Source of the DNA: Octopus sinensis
Lineage: Eukaryota
DNA length: 64,000 nucleotides
Direction of reading: 5' to 3'
Assembly: GCF_006345805.1 (NCBI RefSeq)
Contig: NC_043009.1
Span: 31,496,001 to 31,560,000 of the forward strand
This document shows positions 38,591-52,901 of the stretch, in pieces (the first letter of the stretch is position 1; the number at the start of each line of letters is the position of its first letter). A program made the translations under genes and the position numbers. The notes under the pieces were generated by a model that saw nothing but the letters and a program-made list of their open reading frames with translations, was not told the origin of the DNA and did not search any database.

Positions 38591-39531
38591 GAATAAAAAA
38601 TGCCATAAAAAATTAACAAATGAAAATATTTTATGAACCTTAAGAGAATAAATGGTATAGTTTGCACAAGCAGGATTTGAACTTACAAAGTAGGGAGGTA
38701 TTTAATTTCATAATTCAGTGCTAATACTTCATGATGCAGACATTTATTCCCTGTTGTTGCATAGGAATATTTACCAACCATCATTTCCATTAAGCAACCC
38801 TCTATATTATGCAATTCATTTCTATTGAATATTTTCAAATACTGCATTTCCAAAATGGCTACCCACTTAGCCTTTACTCAATCAAGGGACCAAGCAATAA
38901 TTTCCTTCTCCCTCATTCGTAATTATAAAGAGGCCATTACAATGTCATCCATCATCTGCAAAATTCTAAACCCTCTTTTCCGTCCTGTGCTTTTAATATT
39001 TGAAAATGTGTCATATATTGCTTATTCCTGGACAAATGAAATCAGGATTGTGAAAATCTCTAATACCAAATTTTGGCTGCTTGGCCAAAGTTCATGCAAT
39101 ACTTTGCAGCCAAACCAGTAAAATCAGCCCAAAGAATGAGAAAAGGTGGATTATTGGAGGGCGAATTAAACATATGTCAACTATATGCATCTCATCAGGT
39201 ATTTCTCTTTGATATGCCTTTGTCAAATGCTGGAATTTGGCCAATATCATAAACCTGCAGCATTATAGTTATTCTCCTCTATTAGGATGAGACTGTGTTG
39301 GTGCAACAGGGCTGTGGTGTAGTGGCAGACTGAGAGCAAAGTGGTAATTACTGTACGGAAAAGTGCCAAGTTCAAGTTCTTAGCCTGAACCAAATTGTTT
39401 ATGACTAGCAAAGCTAACAGAAAATCAGATTATGACACACATAAGCACTCACTTTCACACATACACACACACACATTTATATATAAATATATGTACGATG
39501 TATGCATATGTGTGTGTATATATATATGTAT

Positions 39532-39579
<48 letters not shown>

Positions 39580-39751
39580 TACATATATATATATCAAACA
39601 TAAATTGAAAACATATATATATATATACGTGTATAGATATATATTACTAATTGTTTCAACTACATGTACTTATTGTGCTACTAATAGTTTTGTGAAGACC
39701 TGGGATCATATGATGGAATGTGAAAATATGAAGGATATCAAATTTAAATGA

Positions 39752-40297
39752 ATTTGTGAAAAAAAATATAAGGGCAAAAGGTAAAACATTTTATAAAGGA
39801 TAAAAGGTTCACAAATGGTCGTAAATGTTAGCACAATACAAAGCCCACACGATATACAAGCTACACAAATAGATATATACATAAAATGTATAAATAGAAA
39901 AAAATTTAAATCATTTTAAATATCATTTAAAAGTAACGATTCTTTATATGAAAAATGTTAGGATGGAAAAAATCATAAGATATGAACTGATAAAATCATA
40001 TTATAAAATGAGCGAAAAATTTTTCATTCCTTTTATAATACGATTTTATCAGTTCATGTCTTATAATTTAGTTATACCAACTTTTTCCATCTGATCATTT
40101 TTCATATAAAGTATCTTTGCTTTTAAATGATATTTAAAATGATTTAGATTTTTCTTATTTATGCGGTTTATGTATATATCTATTTGTATAGCTTGTAAAT
40201 CATGCGGGCTTTGTATTGTGCCAACATTTACCACCACTTGTGAACTTTTTGTTCTTTATAAAATTTTTGTACCTTTTCTGTATCTATTTTCACAATT
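39752..40297. repeat. ~545-bp imperfect palindrome (foldback), probably an inverted Penelope pLTR/3' UTR
   Basis: Arms of about 270 bp centred near 40020. GTAAATGTT.GCACAATACAAAGCCC, AAATCATTTTAAATATCATTTAAAAG and ATGAACTGATAAAATC.TATTATAAAA are all mirrored. The pLTR assignment is inference. Confidence 0.85.
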
Positions 40298-40518
40298 TTT
40301 AATAATTTGTACATTTGTACTGTTGACTCATTTTTGTATTTTATTTTTATCTCTTTTACCCATCAAGGTGATATCTTCCATAAGACATGCTTTATCATTG
40401 TGCCACTTCTAAACTGTTCCTCTATTTAGACAAAACTTTTGGGAGTATAGTGCAAATTTCACCTGATGAACGTATGTGCAGGAATTAATTAGTAGCATGA
40501 TAAGTACATGTAGTTGAC

Positions 40519-41521
40519 ATGTTTAATAATATTGAACACTCATTGGATGGAGTACTCTTCGTATTTCTTGACATAATGATAACAAAAAACAACACCACAA
40601 TCCAAACTGATATTTATTACAAAAGCAAAAATACACACCAGTGCCTAAATTTCAATTCATGCCACCCAACACACACAAAATGCTACATCCCAAATTGTGT
40701 AACCAGGAAAATTTGTACCATAGTATATGCTCCAAATACCAGAAACATACGACTTATGGAACTCAAAGGATTTCTGCTCAAGCAAAATTACCCTCTCCTA
40801 CTTATAGTAAAGAGCATACAATGGGTGAAAGAGATACCTACAGAACAACTTAGAGAAACGTGAGAAAGGCGAACCAATCAACGGAACACAATACCATTTC
40901 TAGTAACACACAATCTGCATCACCAAAACATTTTTAGCATCATCAAAACAAATTTGCCAATCATGAAACTAAGGGAAAAATTAAAACAACATAATAACTA
41001 ATCAAACATTTATTCTAAGCAAAAGGCAACAGCATAACTTAAAGAAACTATTAACAAAAGTAAAATCCAATGTGAACAAACAGGATAAACCATTCACAAT
41101 ATTCAAGTGTAATGATAACAAATGTGGAATGTGCCAATACATGTATACTGGTAGATCCATTAGAACAAAAAAAAAAATGGACAGATTTTCAGAAATGTAG
41201 TTATGAACTGCAAAAGCAGAAATTTGATCTACTGCATCAAATGTCCAAATTGTGAGGAACTATATATTGGTGAAACTCTATATTGGTGCATTATTGGAAC
41301 ATTCACGAGTCCACAGACAACAATTCCGGAACACTAATATTCGTCAAATTCCACTGAGTGAACATAGAAACATGTGGTCAGAAAATGTTTCTGATTTTTT
41401 TCCTTTCCACAAACAACAAGACACAGATGAGGTTGGAAGAAAGATAAAAGAAAAACTGTTTATCAAAAAGTTCAAACCTGTTCTGAACACAAATAGCAGC
41501 AATAATATGACAACCAGTTAA
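40519..41521 (+). mobile_element. Second Penelope-like element remnant (RT thumb plus GIY-YIG), frameshifted
   Basis: Reads FLDIMITK...TDIYYKSKNTHQCLNFNSCHPTHTK...LLKQNYP; CNDNKCGMCQY; MNCKSRNLIYCIKCPNCEELYIGET; ...KEKLFIKKFKPVLN. Confidence 0.92.
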
Positions 41522-41594
41522 TGATGTGGATTAAAAAATTTATCTGTACCTATAAATTTAAACAAATTACAGAAGACACCCACCGATCAGTAGA

Positions 41595-41636
41595 CTTCTT
41601 CTGATGAGAAGATTTCCACAATCGAAACCAACTAAG
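41595..41636 (+). ncRNA. Hammerhead-like motif in the 3' UTR of the PLE
   Basis: CTT CTGATGA GAA GATT tccac AATC GAAAC CAACT AAG, about 80 nt after the ORF stop. The helix III/cleavage triplet is not clean. Confidence 0.55.
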
Positions 41637-43592
41637 CTTGCTCATTCCTAAAACCATTACATATAGACCACAAGCTAATTGGTTAAAATAAAGGGGCAAG
41701 CTATGCCAGTAATACCAGTGTATCCAGCAGACCAAAATGTTTAAATTGCATACTGATTGGTCAAAACCGTATTAAAAAAATCCAGCTTGTCAGAGCTTTC
41801 TGAAAGGTATAAAATGGAAGAAGTCAGTCATTTTACTACAGTTTTCAAGCACACAACTCAACGGTCAGTTGAAAACATTTTGAAATCTGATGATTACTTT
41901 GAACATATGAAAGCACTAATAGAACTTTATGAACATTACTAAATACTTTTTTAATGTTTAAGGCACTTCAACATTGTAAAAAAAATTATTTTAACATCCA
42001 ATAATAAAAGAAGCGAAAACCAGATCATATTGTAACTTTATCTAACTAATGTATATATATACACACACACACTAATATCAGACAGTAAGATAAAAGCATT
42101 TTTATATCATTTTTATGCATACATACAATCATGGATCCCCATCATTATTGTCGTTGTCGTCATCATCATCATCATCATAATTATCACCCTCATCATCATT
42201 TAATGTTCATTTCCTATGCTGGCATGGGTTAGATGTTTTAACAGTAAGTTCTGTCTGTTTTGGGGCATGGTTTCAATAGATGGATGCCCTTCCTAAAGCC
42301 AACACAGAGTGTACTGGATGGTTTTTACAAAGCAGCAGCATACGGATTGCCTGACAAGTCCTTTATCATCTTTGGTCGTTTCTGCCTCAGAGAATTTCTG
42401 CAGCCAGGCTGCCTTCATTTCCAACTACGGTCATGGATGAAATTTGAACTCACATTGATAAACTGATAAATTATTTGTCAATTTCTTTCAGTTAGCATGT
42501 GAACATGCCACTAATAGCAGCGATATGAACAGATAAAGGATACTGATTTACCACTTAACTGAAAAGGACTGCTGCAAGTAAATTGTGTAGGTCACAGCAG
42601 GAGCATTGTAGCATTGATGGCATTGAAGCTACATCTCAGCTGTTCGGTCCAGCTCTTCAGTTGAGCCAGCTGCAATTCTGAAAGGCTTCATAGATATTCT
42701 TGAATTAAGGAAACTCTATTGGACTTTATGAAGATTGGAATTAATTTCCTCTTCTCTTCCTGTTTCTTATTATATTCCACACATTCAATAGCCAAATTTT
42801 CAACTTCAAAAATATTTTAAAATCTTTTAACAATATTCTTCTCTGTTATATAGGTTCCTTTCAGCAGAAAAATATATATCCAAAAAATACTCCAAAATAA
42901 CACCACAATGTTTTTCAGTTCAGCCTAGCTCTATTTTTATTAATTATATTTTTTAGTTTATTTATTTTATTTATTATTTATTATTTTTTAATTTTTTTGC
43001 AATTCATTGCTTTTATTTTGTTTTTAAACTCATTTCCTAATAACTCAAGTTACTGAAAACATTCTTCCCATTAAGACCTTATACTAAAATAAAAAAAAAA
43101 GGACAATGAAATAAAAACGTAAACAAAACATAGTGAAAAACAACACATAACATATGTAAAAAAACTATTACACAAGGCAAACTTTATAGCATTTCTGTAT
43201 ACAGATCCTAAAGGGGATGCCTTCATCTTAGAATTTAATTCCACATAAAACCCTTGAAAAGTATTTATAGACGCTATATGACAAAGATATTAACTGAGCG
43301 AAGTGCCATTCTTCATAGGTTGATGTTATATGTTATGGCTTATGTTTCTTCTAGAAAGTTCTTTAGTGATGCATAGTGCATGTGTGTGTGTGTGTGTGTA
43401 TGTGTGTGTGTGTGCTCTTGCCTTTAATGTTGCCATTACACTTTTGCTTAGATCTTAGCTTTAAAAAACAACAAAACATTGCTGTGGGTGACAAGCATCA
43501 AGTTAATGTTTATTTCTATATTTCCCACCGTTTTTCTCACCTTTAATATATATACATACACACAACTTTATTATATATACATTATACATATA

Positions 43593-43623
<31 letters not shown>

Positions 43624-45042
43624 ATATGTATATATTTAATATATGCATAATATATAAGTAATAGATGATATATAATATAAATATACATGTTTATTGTATA
43701 TAAATTATATATATATATATACGGACCCATCAAAAACACACAATCATACACGCATGTAAACACATGCATACACACCCAAATATAGGCATGCAAATACATG
43801 CATGCATGGATTCAAGAACACACATCCAAATGTGCATGTGAATGCAAATAAATGCACATACAAGTGCATATGCTTAACAATATGTGTGCATACACACATA
43901 CATACATACATACATACATACATACATACATACATACATACATACGAACACACACGCATGCAAACATACTTGCTTACAGGCATATACATGCAAACACATA
44001 GATGCATACACACACATTCGCATACAAACATATAACAAACACTTAGGAACATATACACACACACATGCATATGAATGCAACCACATGCATTCAAATATAC
44101 ACATGGAAACACACATCCATAAAAACAAGAACAGGGTAACTTATACCCATAGAAACACACTCACACACATGCAAACATACACACACACACACACACACAC
44201 AGCTCACACATATTTGTTGTTCTATAATCTTATGTGATAATATTTGTAAGTAGTGTGAATGCGTTTGTATTATATAACTGTACTTGTATATATGTGTGTA
44301 TGTATATATGTACAGTGTGTGTGTGCATGTAATTTGTTGTTGAGTTTGTGTAGTATATTAACATAGTATACACACACACACACACAAATATCTACTGAGT
44401 GTATTGACAAGTTGTATAAATTCATTGTGTGTATATATATATGTAATGTACTCTGGTGTGCTTAAATATGTTTGCGTCAGTATATTTGGTGCATATGTGC
44501 AGTCATTTGCAGAGGCAATGCAGGTAAATTAGAAAAGATAAAACCAGGAGAAAGTCTGCAAGCAATTCTTCTGTATTGGAAGATTTGTATTCTTACCACA
44601 TTTAACATACAGAGTGTGTTGGAGAATGCTAAAGCATGGGTAATATAAAGAGGCAACAGCTAGTGCTTAGATAAACCCAATACTTGACCTCTGATTCCTT
44701 TGGTGAAAACAGGTAGATCGGGTATTGGAGTTGATTATAAGAATAATTTTTGTTGAGGAAATGTGGGAGGTAGAAATGGCAGATAAACAAAAGTAGGGAT
44801 AAGGAGTGTATTCATGTGGTAAGTTGGGTGTACAAATAAGCGAATGAAGCGATCAAGTCTTTACAGCTGTTTCAGATAAACGATGTCAGGTGTCACAGCA
44901 ATTTATGTCATGTGAAATTACGTCATCCTTGTCAGAAGACTCTAGCAAACAGCACACACACACGTACATATATACATATATATATACACACACACACACA
45001 CATTTGTCTATATACATATAGACATATATATGTACACACACA

Positions 45043-45335
45043 TATTGTGTCATCCCATAAATAATGCAGTTTTTTTATACTTCTTTTATCTTTCAAAATT
45101 AAGATAAACAAAGTTTTTTTAAAATCTAAAATGTACTTTCCTTTATTTTCTACAATGCTTTCATCTGGTTGACTTTCAAGGCCCCACATCCAAAATTCAC
45201 TTGTCTGTGACGAAAAATACTCCTCCAGTACTCTTCTAACCTCATCTACAGAATTCATATTGTTTCCATCCAAATAATTTTGAAGACTGTGGGATAAATG
45301 ATAATCAGAGGGAGCAATGTCCAGCAAATATGTTG
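45043..45335 (-). mobile_element. Mariner 3' end (C-terminus plus TIR), same family as 23850-24480
   Basis: Reads YLLDIAPSDYHLSHSLQNYLDG...EEYFSSQTSEFW...IVENKGKYILDF. TIR TATTGTGTCATCCCATAAATAATGC at 45043. Confidence 0.9.
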
Positions 45336-45510
45336 ACAACCGATGCTGGTGTGTTTACGACCCCATAACTTAGCGGTTCAGCAAAAGAGACTGATAGAAT
45401 AAGTACTAGGCTTACAAAGAATAAGTCCTGGGGTCAGTTTCTTCGACTAAAGGCAATGCTCCAGCACGACCACAGTCAAATGACTGAAACAAGTAAAAGA
45501 GTAAAAGAAT
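45336..45510 (+). mobile_element. Family-A SINE 3' half
   Basis: GACAACCGATGCTGGTGTGTTTACG...TGACTGAAACAAGTAAAAGAGTAAAAGA. Confidence 0.85.
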
Positions 45511-46334
45511 ATATACTGGTTGGTCATGGCTTGGGTAGCTCAGGTGATAGGTCTGGCAGATGAAGTCTAATTTAGAAGCTAAAAAACAACAAAAACATCA
45601 CAAGACAAGAAACATGGAATGGTCTTATGTTTGTCTCAAAGCTGAGGCTTTGCAAAGGAATTTCAAACCATAAACCAAGGGTGAAGGTATGAATAGCTTT
45701 AAATCAAAGCAGACCTAATCCTAAGGACCACATTCTTCGACATGAGGAAATGGGAGATAACTGTGGCATATTCTTTGAGAAAGTAGATTAGTAAGTAAAC
45801 AAGTATGGAACCAGATTTATGGAGACACATAGACTATTGGTAAAGAATTCAAACAAAGTAAAATCAAGTTTATTGTTTTGGAAACTTTTAAAAATTCTTT
45901 ACTTGAATACAGAAATTTGATGGAAGTATATTTCTGATAAAAAAAAATATCTTTCACAAGAGAAGACATGCACCATAAAAGACAACATTTCTTACAGCTT
46001 TAATTTCTTTGCAACTACATGACAGAACTTTTGGGATTTTATATTCTTTAAGACATGCAAATGCAAAAAAAAAATCTCCTTCCACATCTTCCTTCTCTGT
46101 TACATAAGCCGTTATCCGCATTCCTATAAACACTCCAAGAAAATAAAACCTTCATTCATGTTCCAATTACACTGACTAATCTCCAGAAAGAAAAAATAAC
46201 CAAATTCTTGCTAAATCTTACAGGCTTCAGCTTAATTTTGATGTTCTTTTGTTTTGTTTTTGGTTTTTCTTTCATGTTATTGCATAACATTAGCTTTCTT
46301 GTGTGATGATTCACTCTGCTTAGTGGGTCTCATA

Positions 46335-46373
<39 letters not shown>

Positions 46374-46428
46374 CATACATACATATACATACATACATAC
46401 ATACATATACATACATACATACATATAT

Positions 46429-46493
<65 letters not shown>

Positions 46494-46609
46494 TACACAT
46501 ACACACACACATATATAGACATACATTCATATATATATGAATGTATATGTGTATAAATATATATATATATATATGTGTGTATATATATACACACATGTTT
46601 ATACATATT

Positions 46610-46856
46610 CTTTTATACTTTTACTTGTTTCAGTCATTTTGACTGCGGCCATGTTGGAGCACCACCTTTAGTCGAACAAATCCCCCCAGCACTTATTCTT
46701 TGTAAGCCTAGTACTTATTCAATCAGTCTCTTTTGCCAAACCATTAAGTTACGAAGATGTAGACACACCAGCATCGGTTGTCAAACAATGGCAGAAGGAA
46801 AAACACACACACAAATACATACATACTTACATATACATATATATATATACATATAC

Positions 46857-46932
<76 letters not shown>

Positions 46933-47100
46933 TATACATATACATATACAACAGGCTTCTTTCAGTTTCAATCTACCAAATCCACTCACAAGACTTTGGT
47001 CAACCCACGGCTAAAGTAGAAGACACATGTCCAAGGTGCCACGCAGTGGAACTGAACCTGGAATCATGTGGTTGAAAAGCAAACTTCTTAACATACACCT
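46610..47100 (-). mobile_element. Family-A SINE with internal microsatellite
   Basis: Collinear with 495-906. Confidence 0.85.
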
Positions 47101-47986
47101 ACTTCTGTGCCCCATTATTAGACTATTTTCCATAGTCATTGCATGGTGAGCACTATAAGCTTTAGGCTTATATAAATAGCATTATTAGTATATATATATA
47201 TATATATATATACATATACAGGGTGTGGTGAATATATTGTCATCTAAATTACTCAAAAAGGAAAATATAACTGACAACTCATTTTAACAGATATATTTAC
47301 CGAAATTACATAAAGATATCTTGAAATTCTAGAGTAAATCTATTCAGTAAAATTGTCATTGTCTTCAACCCTTTGAGATTGTTAAATGAAATATCAGTTT
47401 TATATTGGTCTCTACACTCTCTCTCAAGACTGACAATTGTTGCAATGACGACATCTTGTAAAAACTAGAAAAGACACTCAAAGGAAACAACCATGTGATC
47501 CTTCTAACGATTTCTTAACAAATTTGTAATTCATTTGAAGAAATTTACAAGACAAATAATTTGCCAAACTGATAGCACAAAGAAAGGAGGATTTATGTAC
47601 CAAAGATTTACTTAATGTCATGCCAGGGACTACAACTAATAAAAAAACTATGTGATAGGTTCAGAGATGATCATCAGGTTAAGAACGTCACTTATGAATG
47701 TAATGGTTTAGGTCAAGTCACACAGTATTGCAACTTGGGCAGATGGTTTCTACTATAGGCACAAAGACTGAAATTTGGGCTTTGAGGTTTCATGTCAGAC
47801 TGTTTCAACTGCACATCTATTTTTGAAACAGCTGTAAAGAGAAAAATCTGCACACCTTTCTTCTCATTCAGTTTCGGATTTTAGCTATCCCTATGAGTGG
47901 ATTTGGGAGATGGAAACTAGAATAAGCCATCACACACACACGTGCATGTGCATGCATATGTGTGTATACCTATGTTTGTGTGTATG

Positions 47987-48040
<54 letters not shown>

Positions 48041-50374
48041 CTACACACATACATAAGACGACTGTTTTTATCCACTGCTCTAAAGACCCTAGTAATTCCA
48101 TGTTTTATTTGACGCAGTGAACCAAAAGATTCCATTATTTAAAATTAATTCCGTAATGATTAGAACAATTATAATTTGGATTATAAATTATAAGAAAAGA
48201 TGAGATAATATCCCCACAATTTTAATATTTAATTTTGATTAAATATGATATGCAGTGGGGAAATAAACTGAATCTTTGATAAGTAGATCGGCAACACTAT
48301 ACATATTTCAGCCTTACCCTCATCAGAGGAGCATATTCTTACCATTTTTACAGATCTAAGATTATGAAAGAAATATTTATGATTATCACAAATTAATGCA
48401 GAGAAATGATGTGGTCGCTTAAAAGAACAACCAGCAAATCTTTATTGTTCTTAAAAGGTTTCCTCTAAAAGCAGATCGCAATCCTAAATGGAAGATAAGC
48501 AGCACGAGAATTTTGTATGTTGTGCTTGCTAATAGCTGTATCTAAACTTTGATATTTTAGGAATTTATTCAAGTTATTTATAACCGATGGCTAGAATGTT
48601 GCATTAGAGAGAGGGTTACTTTAATGATGATTCCTGTAGCCTTGCAGTAGATGGCTTCTCAATGGACATTTTTTTCACCAAGGATTTATTTTAAATTCCA
48701 TTAATCTGTACTATTGACTGCATAGTTGTATAACAAAATGATAATTGCCAGATGGAAAATACTGCAAAGATAGGCAGAGTAAATATAACTATGGATGTAC
48801 ATACTGAACAGAATTATAACTGTAACTCTAATCTGAAACAATTATTTACAAAGAATCCAATTATTGTAATTATCTCTAATGACAAAAGCTAGTATTATAT
48901 TCCATTTGATTATATGGTTGCTATCGTTAATTGATTTTAAATGTAATATCATTGGAAAGGATTATGATAAACATGAGAGTAGCATCAACATCATCGACTA
49001 CAATGATAACAACAACATCATTGACTACAATGTTAACAACAACAACGACAACAGTTACAATACAAACAGACGTAAAACATGGCAGTTCTTTTATAAGAGC
49101 CAAGACGAGTCATGTTTATGAATACTAATGGACAGAGAAAGATAGAGAAAGCAATTATCCAAACATAGTTTGCAGGTTGTCATAGATATACACACACATA
49201 CACACATATCGTTTCTTCTATTCCAATCTTTGTTTTACATAAACGACATCTGTTAGCTGAGTCCCATTTAAACTCATTTCAGTTCTTTTGATTTACACTA
49301 TGTTGTACATAAATAAATATCATTTAATTAACGATGAGCCACCAAAAGCACAAATATTCAAATTAGACTGTCCACTAAGTGCTAGCTTAATTCATGACTG
49401 CTTTACAAGCGGCTGATCAATGCTATTGATAAGGGAAGGAAGATGGGTACACCTTCATTGAGGAGTGGTCAACAAAATATAAAACTGTCCATCAAAAAAT
49501 TTATTCCAAATTTCTGGACATCAGTAGCATAAAAGGAATCTGCTTACATTCTTATTTAGTTCACAGTAAGGTTTTATAATGTCTAAATTTACTTAAGCTC
49601 TTTTGATTTACACTTTATTCTGCATGAACTTAGTTTGCTTACATTAGCTATGAATTACATACATCACATTACTTATAAAGTTACATACTGAATTACCCGG
49701 AACAACCATTTTTCTTTACTACAGAAAAACCCCTGCCTTTTTAAAGTCTTTATTTCTACATCAAAACCTTCCACTCAACAGTCTTTCACTCTAAGCTGCA
49801 CAGGTGTACATTGTTGTATTGGTGCAGTGCACAATAAAACGTTGCTTCTCATTTCAATTTATAGACATGTACTTCAAAGGCTCTATAAAAGGTACTCAGG
49901 CTCTGACTGTCCATTTTGGCATGGTTTCTACAGCTGCATGCCCTTCCTAATAGCAACCACTTTACAGAGTAAAATTCCACACACTAATTTCAAATTTCAA
50001 ATATTTTACTGAAATTCTCAAAAGTTTTAGTAAAATGGTGAGAACATTGCTTCCATTGTAATCTCAGGTAAGAATCTTCCAAACATCAGTTTCCTTTCAG
50101 CTTAGTTATTTTACCAAAATTGTTACAGATGTAAGAAATGTGCAGTAAGAAATTTCCTTCTTAACTTCATGGTTTCAGAGTCAGTCCCACTCTGTGGCTC
50201 CTTCAACATGTGTCTTCTATTATAGCATGTGGCTGAACAAGGCCTTGGTGGTGGATTTGGTAGATAGAAACTGGAAAAGGTCTGTTGCATGTATGAATAC
50301 ACACACACACATGTATATTTCTTTTCTTGCCATTGCTAGAAAAAAAGCATTGAAATGAATCACTGATGATGCAA

Positions 50375-50545
50375 TGTGAAGCTCTTGTATGACATTTGAG
50401 CCTGGCCAAAGATTTGCACATTCTATTGCATAATGCACAGCTGTGCTGGCAGGCAGGGGGAACAGGTGCCATAGTATGAGGTCTTTTGACATGCTTTTTC
50501 AATCCTCTAACTAGAAGCACACCTTTCCACAGGCTGCACATGTTC
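50375..50545 (-). mobile_element. RTE-type LINE C-terminal C2H2 zinc-finger fragment
   Basis: Reads CSLWKGVLLVRGLKKHVKRPH...CALCNRMCKSLARLKCHTRASH. Flanked by a family-A SINE remnant (50120-50290) and an RTE 3' UTR fragment (50605-50830). Confidence 0.6.
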
Positions 50546-51407
50546 TGATGTGAGTAATAGCTGTATCACAAACACACACACACACACACACACATATATC
50601 ACCATCGTCATCATCATCATCATTTAATGACCATTTTCCATGCTGGCATTGATTGCCCAGTGTGACGGGAGCTGGCCAGCCAGATCACTACCCAGGCTCA
50701 GACTCTCTGTTTTGGCATGGTTTCTACAGCTGGATGCCCTTCCAAATGCCAACCACTTTACAGAGTGTACTAGGTGCTCTTTACATGGCACTGGCATGGA
50801 CACTTTATGTGTGATATACGCGTGGGTGCTTTATATGTGGCATCAATAAAGGTGCTTCACATGTGGCAGGAGCAGCCAAAAGCCCACATGACAACGTCCT
50901 CATGGCATGGTTATGACGGACAAACTTTTATGCATGGAAGAACATGATTTTACTTACCTTCATGTGTCAGCAGTAGCATATACATTAGTAAATATATATG
51001 GAAAACAACCTTGTTGTGTGCTTTCAAAGATCTTCTAAAGGAATCAGCAACGGAATGCTATTATAATGGAGAACTTCTTCTGACACTGGATATACATGTG
51101 GCAATCTGTAAATATCAACATCAATATATATATATATATATATATACATACCGTATTCTGTATTACATATATACATATAAGTACATGATATGCACATACA
51201 AATGCTTATGTACATATATACATGTGTATGCATGTGTGTGTGTGTGTGTGCAAGCATGCATGTATATGTTTGAATGCTACAGGAGTGAATTTCTAAGTAA
51301 AATTCATAAAAGAGCTGTGCTGTGAGAAATATTTGGATGTGATATAATTTGTTTTATAGACTAACTGAATCAAAAAAATACAAAGTATACCCATTAAGAT
51401 TGATATC

Positions 51408-51421
51408 TTTCTATCAATTCC

Positions 51422-51477
<56 letters not shown>

Positions 51478-51524
51478 GATGGATAGATAGATAGCCATAC
51501 AAATAGATAGATAAATAGAAAGGC

Positions 51525-51555
<31 letters not shown>

Positions 51556-51569
51556 TCGATAGATAGATC

Positions 51570-51639
<70 letters not shown>

Positions 51640-51640
51640 C
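51408..51640. repeat. (CTAT)n followed by inverted (ATAG)n/(ACAG)n tetranucleotide arrays
   Basis: Directly visible. A second (CTAT)n array is at 52475-52640. Confidence 0.95.
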
Positions 51641-52284
51641 TGATGTGAATGTATGTGTTTGTATACATATTGGTATTAATCTCTTCTACAGTTTTAGGCA
51701 AAACAAATTACTCAGTTAAATACATTTTGCAAGACTGAAGCTGGAACGGTTGTCAAGTTAAACCAATGCCAAAAAGAAAAAGAAACAAAAGATGAAAATA
51801 GCTTTTCCCCAGTCCAAAATCCAATCTTTATTAAAAAAAAATTACATTTCTTCAATATATTATTGTATAAAAAAATCTAGCAAAAAAAAAAAAAAAGAAA
51901 TCAAGAAATTTGTGGATATTGCCAAAATAAATTCTACCTCACCAAGAATATCTGTATAGAAAACAAATGATTGTCTCTTCATCATAATAAGGAAACAGGG
52001 AATCACAATATAAGGATCAACTTTGACAGATGAATTACAACATGGTTTTGGCAGAGTTCTATGTATTGTGCATTGTTAATATTGTTGTTTGACTTCGTTA
52101 AGATGGTAATATTTATCAGATCAGCTATAATTTATAGTTCTGATAACAAATAATGTACAATTTGCTGACCCTTTATTATTGGTAGCAGATTTATTTAAGG
52201 GTTGCTCAGTTTTCCTATAAATATTTTCCCTAACTACCTAAAGGATGTTCTGATACATATATACATGTATATATATATATATGA

Positions 52285-52336
<52 letters not shown>

Positions 52337-52347
52337 TATATATATAG

Positions 52348-52436
<89 letters not shown>

Positions 52437-52500
52437 GTGTGTGTATGTGTGTGTATAGTGTGTATGTATGTATGTATCTATCTATCTATCTATCTATCTC

Positions 52501-52675
<175 letters not shown>

Positions 52676-52845
52676 ATATTGTTTTTATATGAATACTTGA
52701 CTATGAAGGTTATGTACACAAAGACACATGTTGGTATATTTCAATATACACTTATGTCTCTTTTTATATATTCAATTTTATGCATGTGTATGTATCTATA
52801 TAGATGTGTGTATGCATACACCCCCCCCACACATACTCACACACA

Positions 52846-52901
<56 letters not shown>

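Noticed and set aside
44858-44895. Hammerhead-like GACAC-CTGACAT...GAAACAGCTGTA on minus (GAAACAGCTGTA also at 47825)
   Set aside because: The core is mutated, there is no helix II, and helix I cannot pair.
47217-47520. Tc1-like TIR start TACAGGGTGTGG
   Set aside because: No matching second TIR and no convincing transposase motif found.
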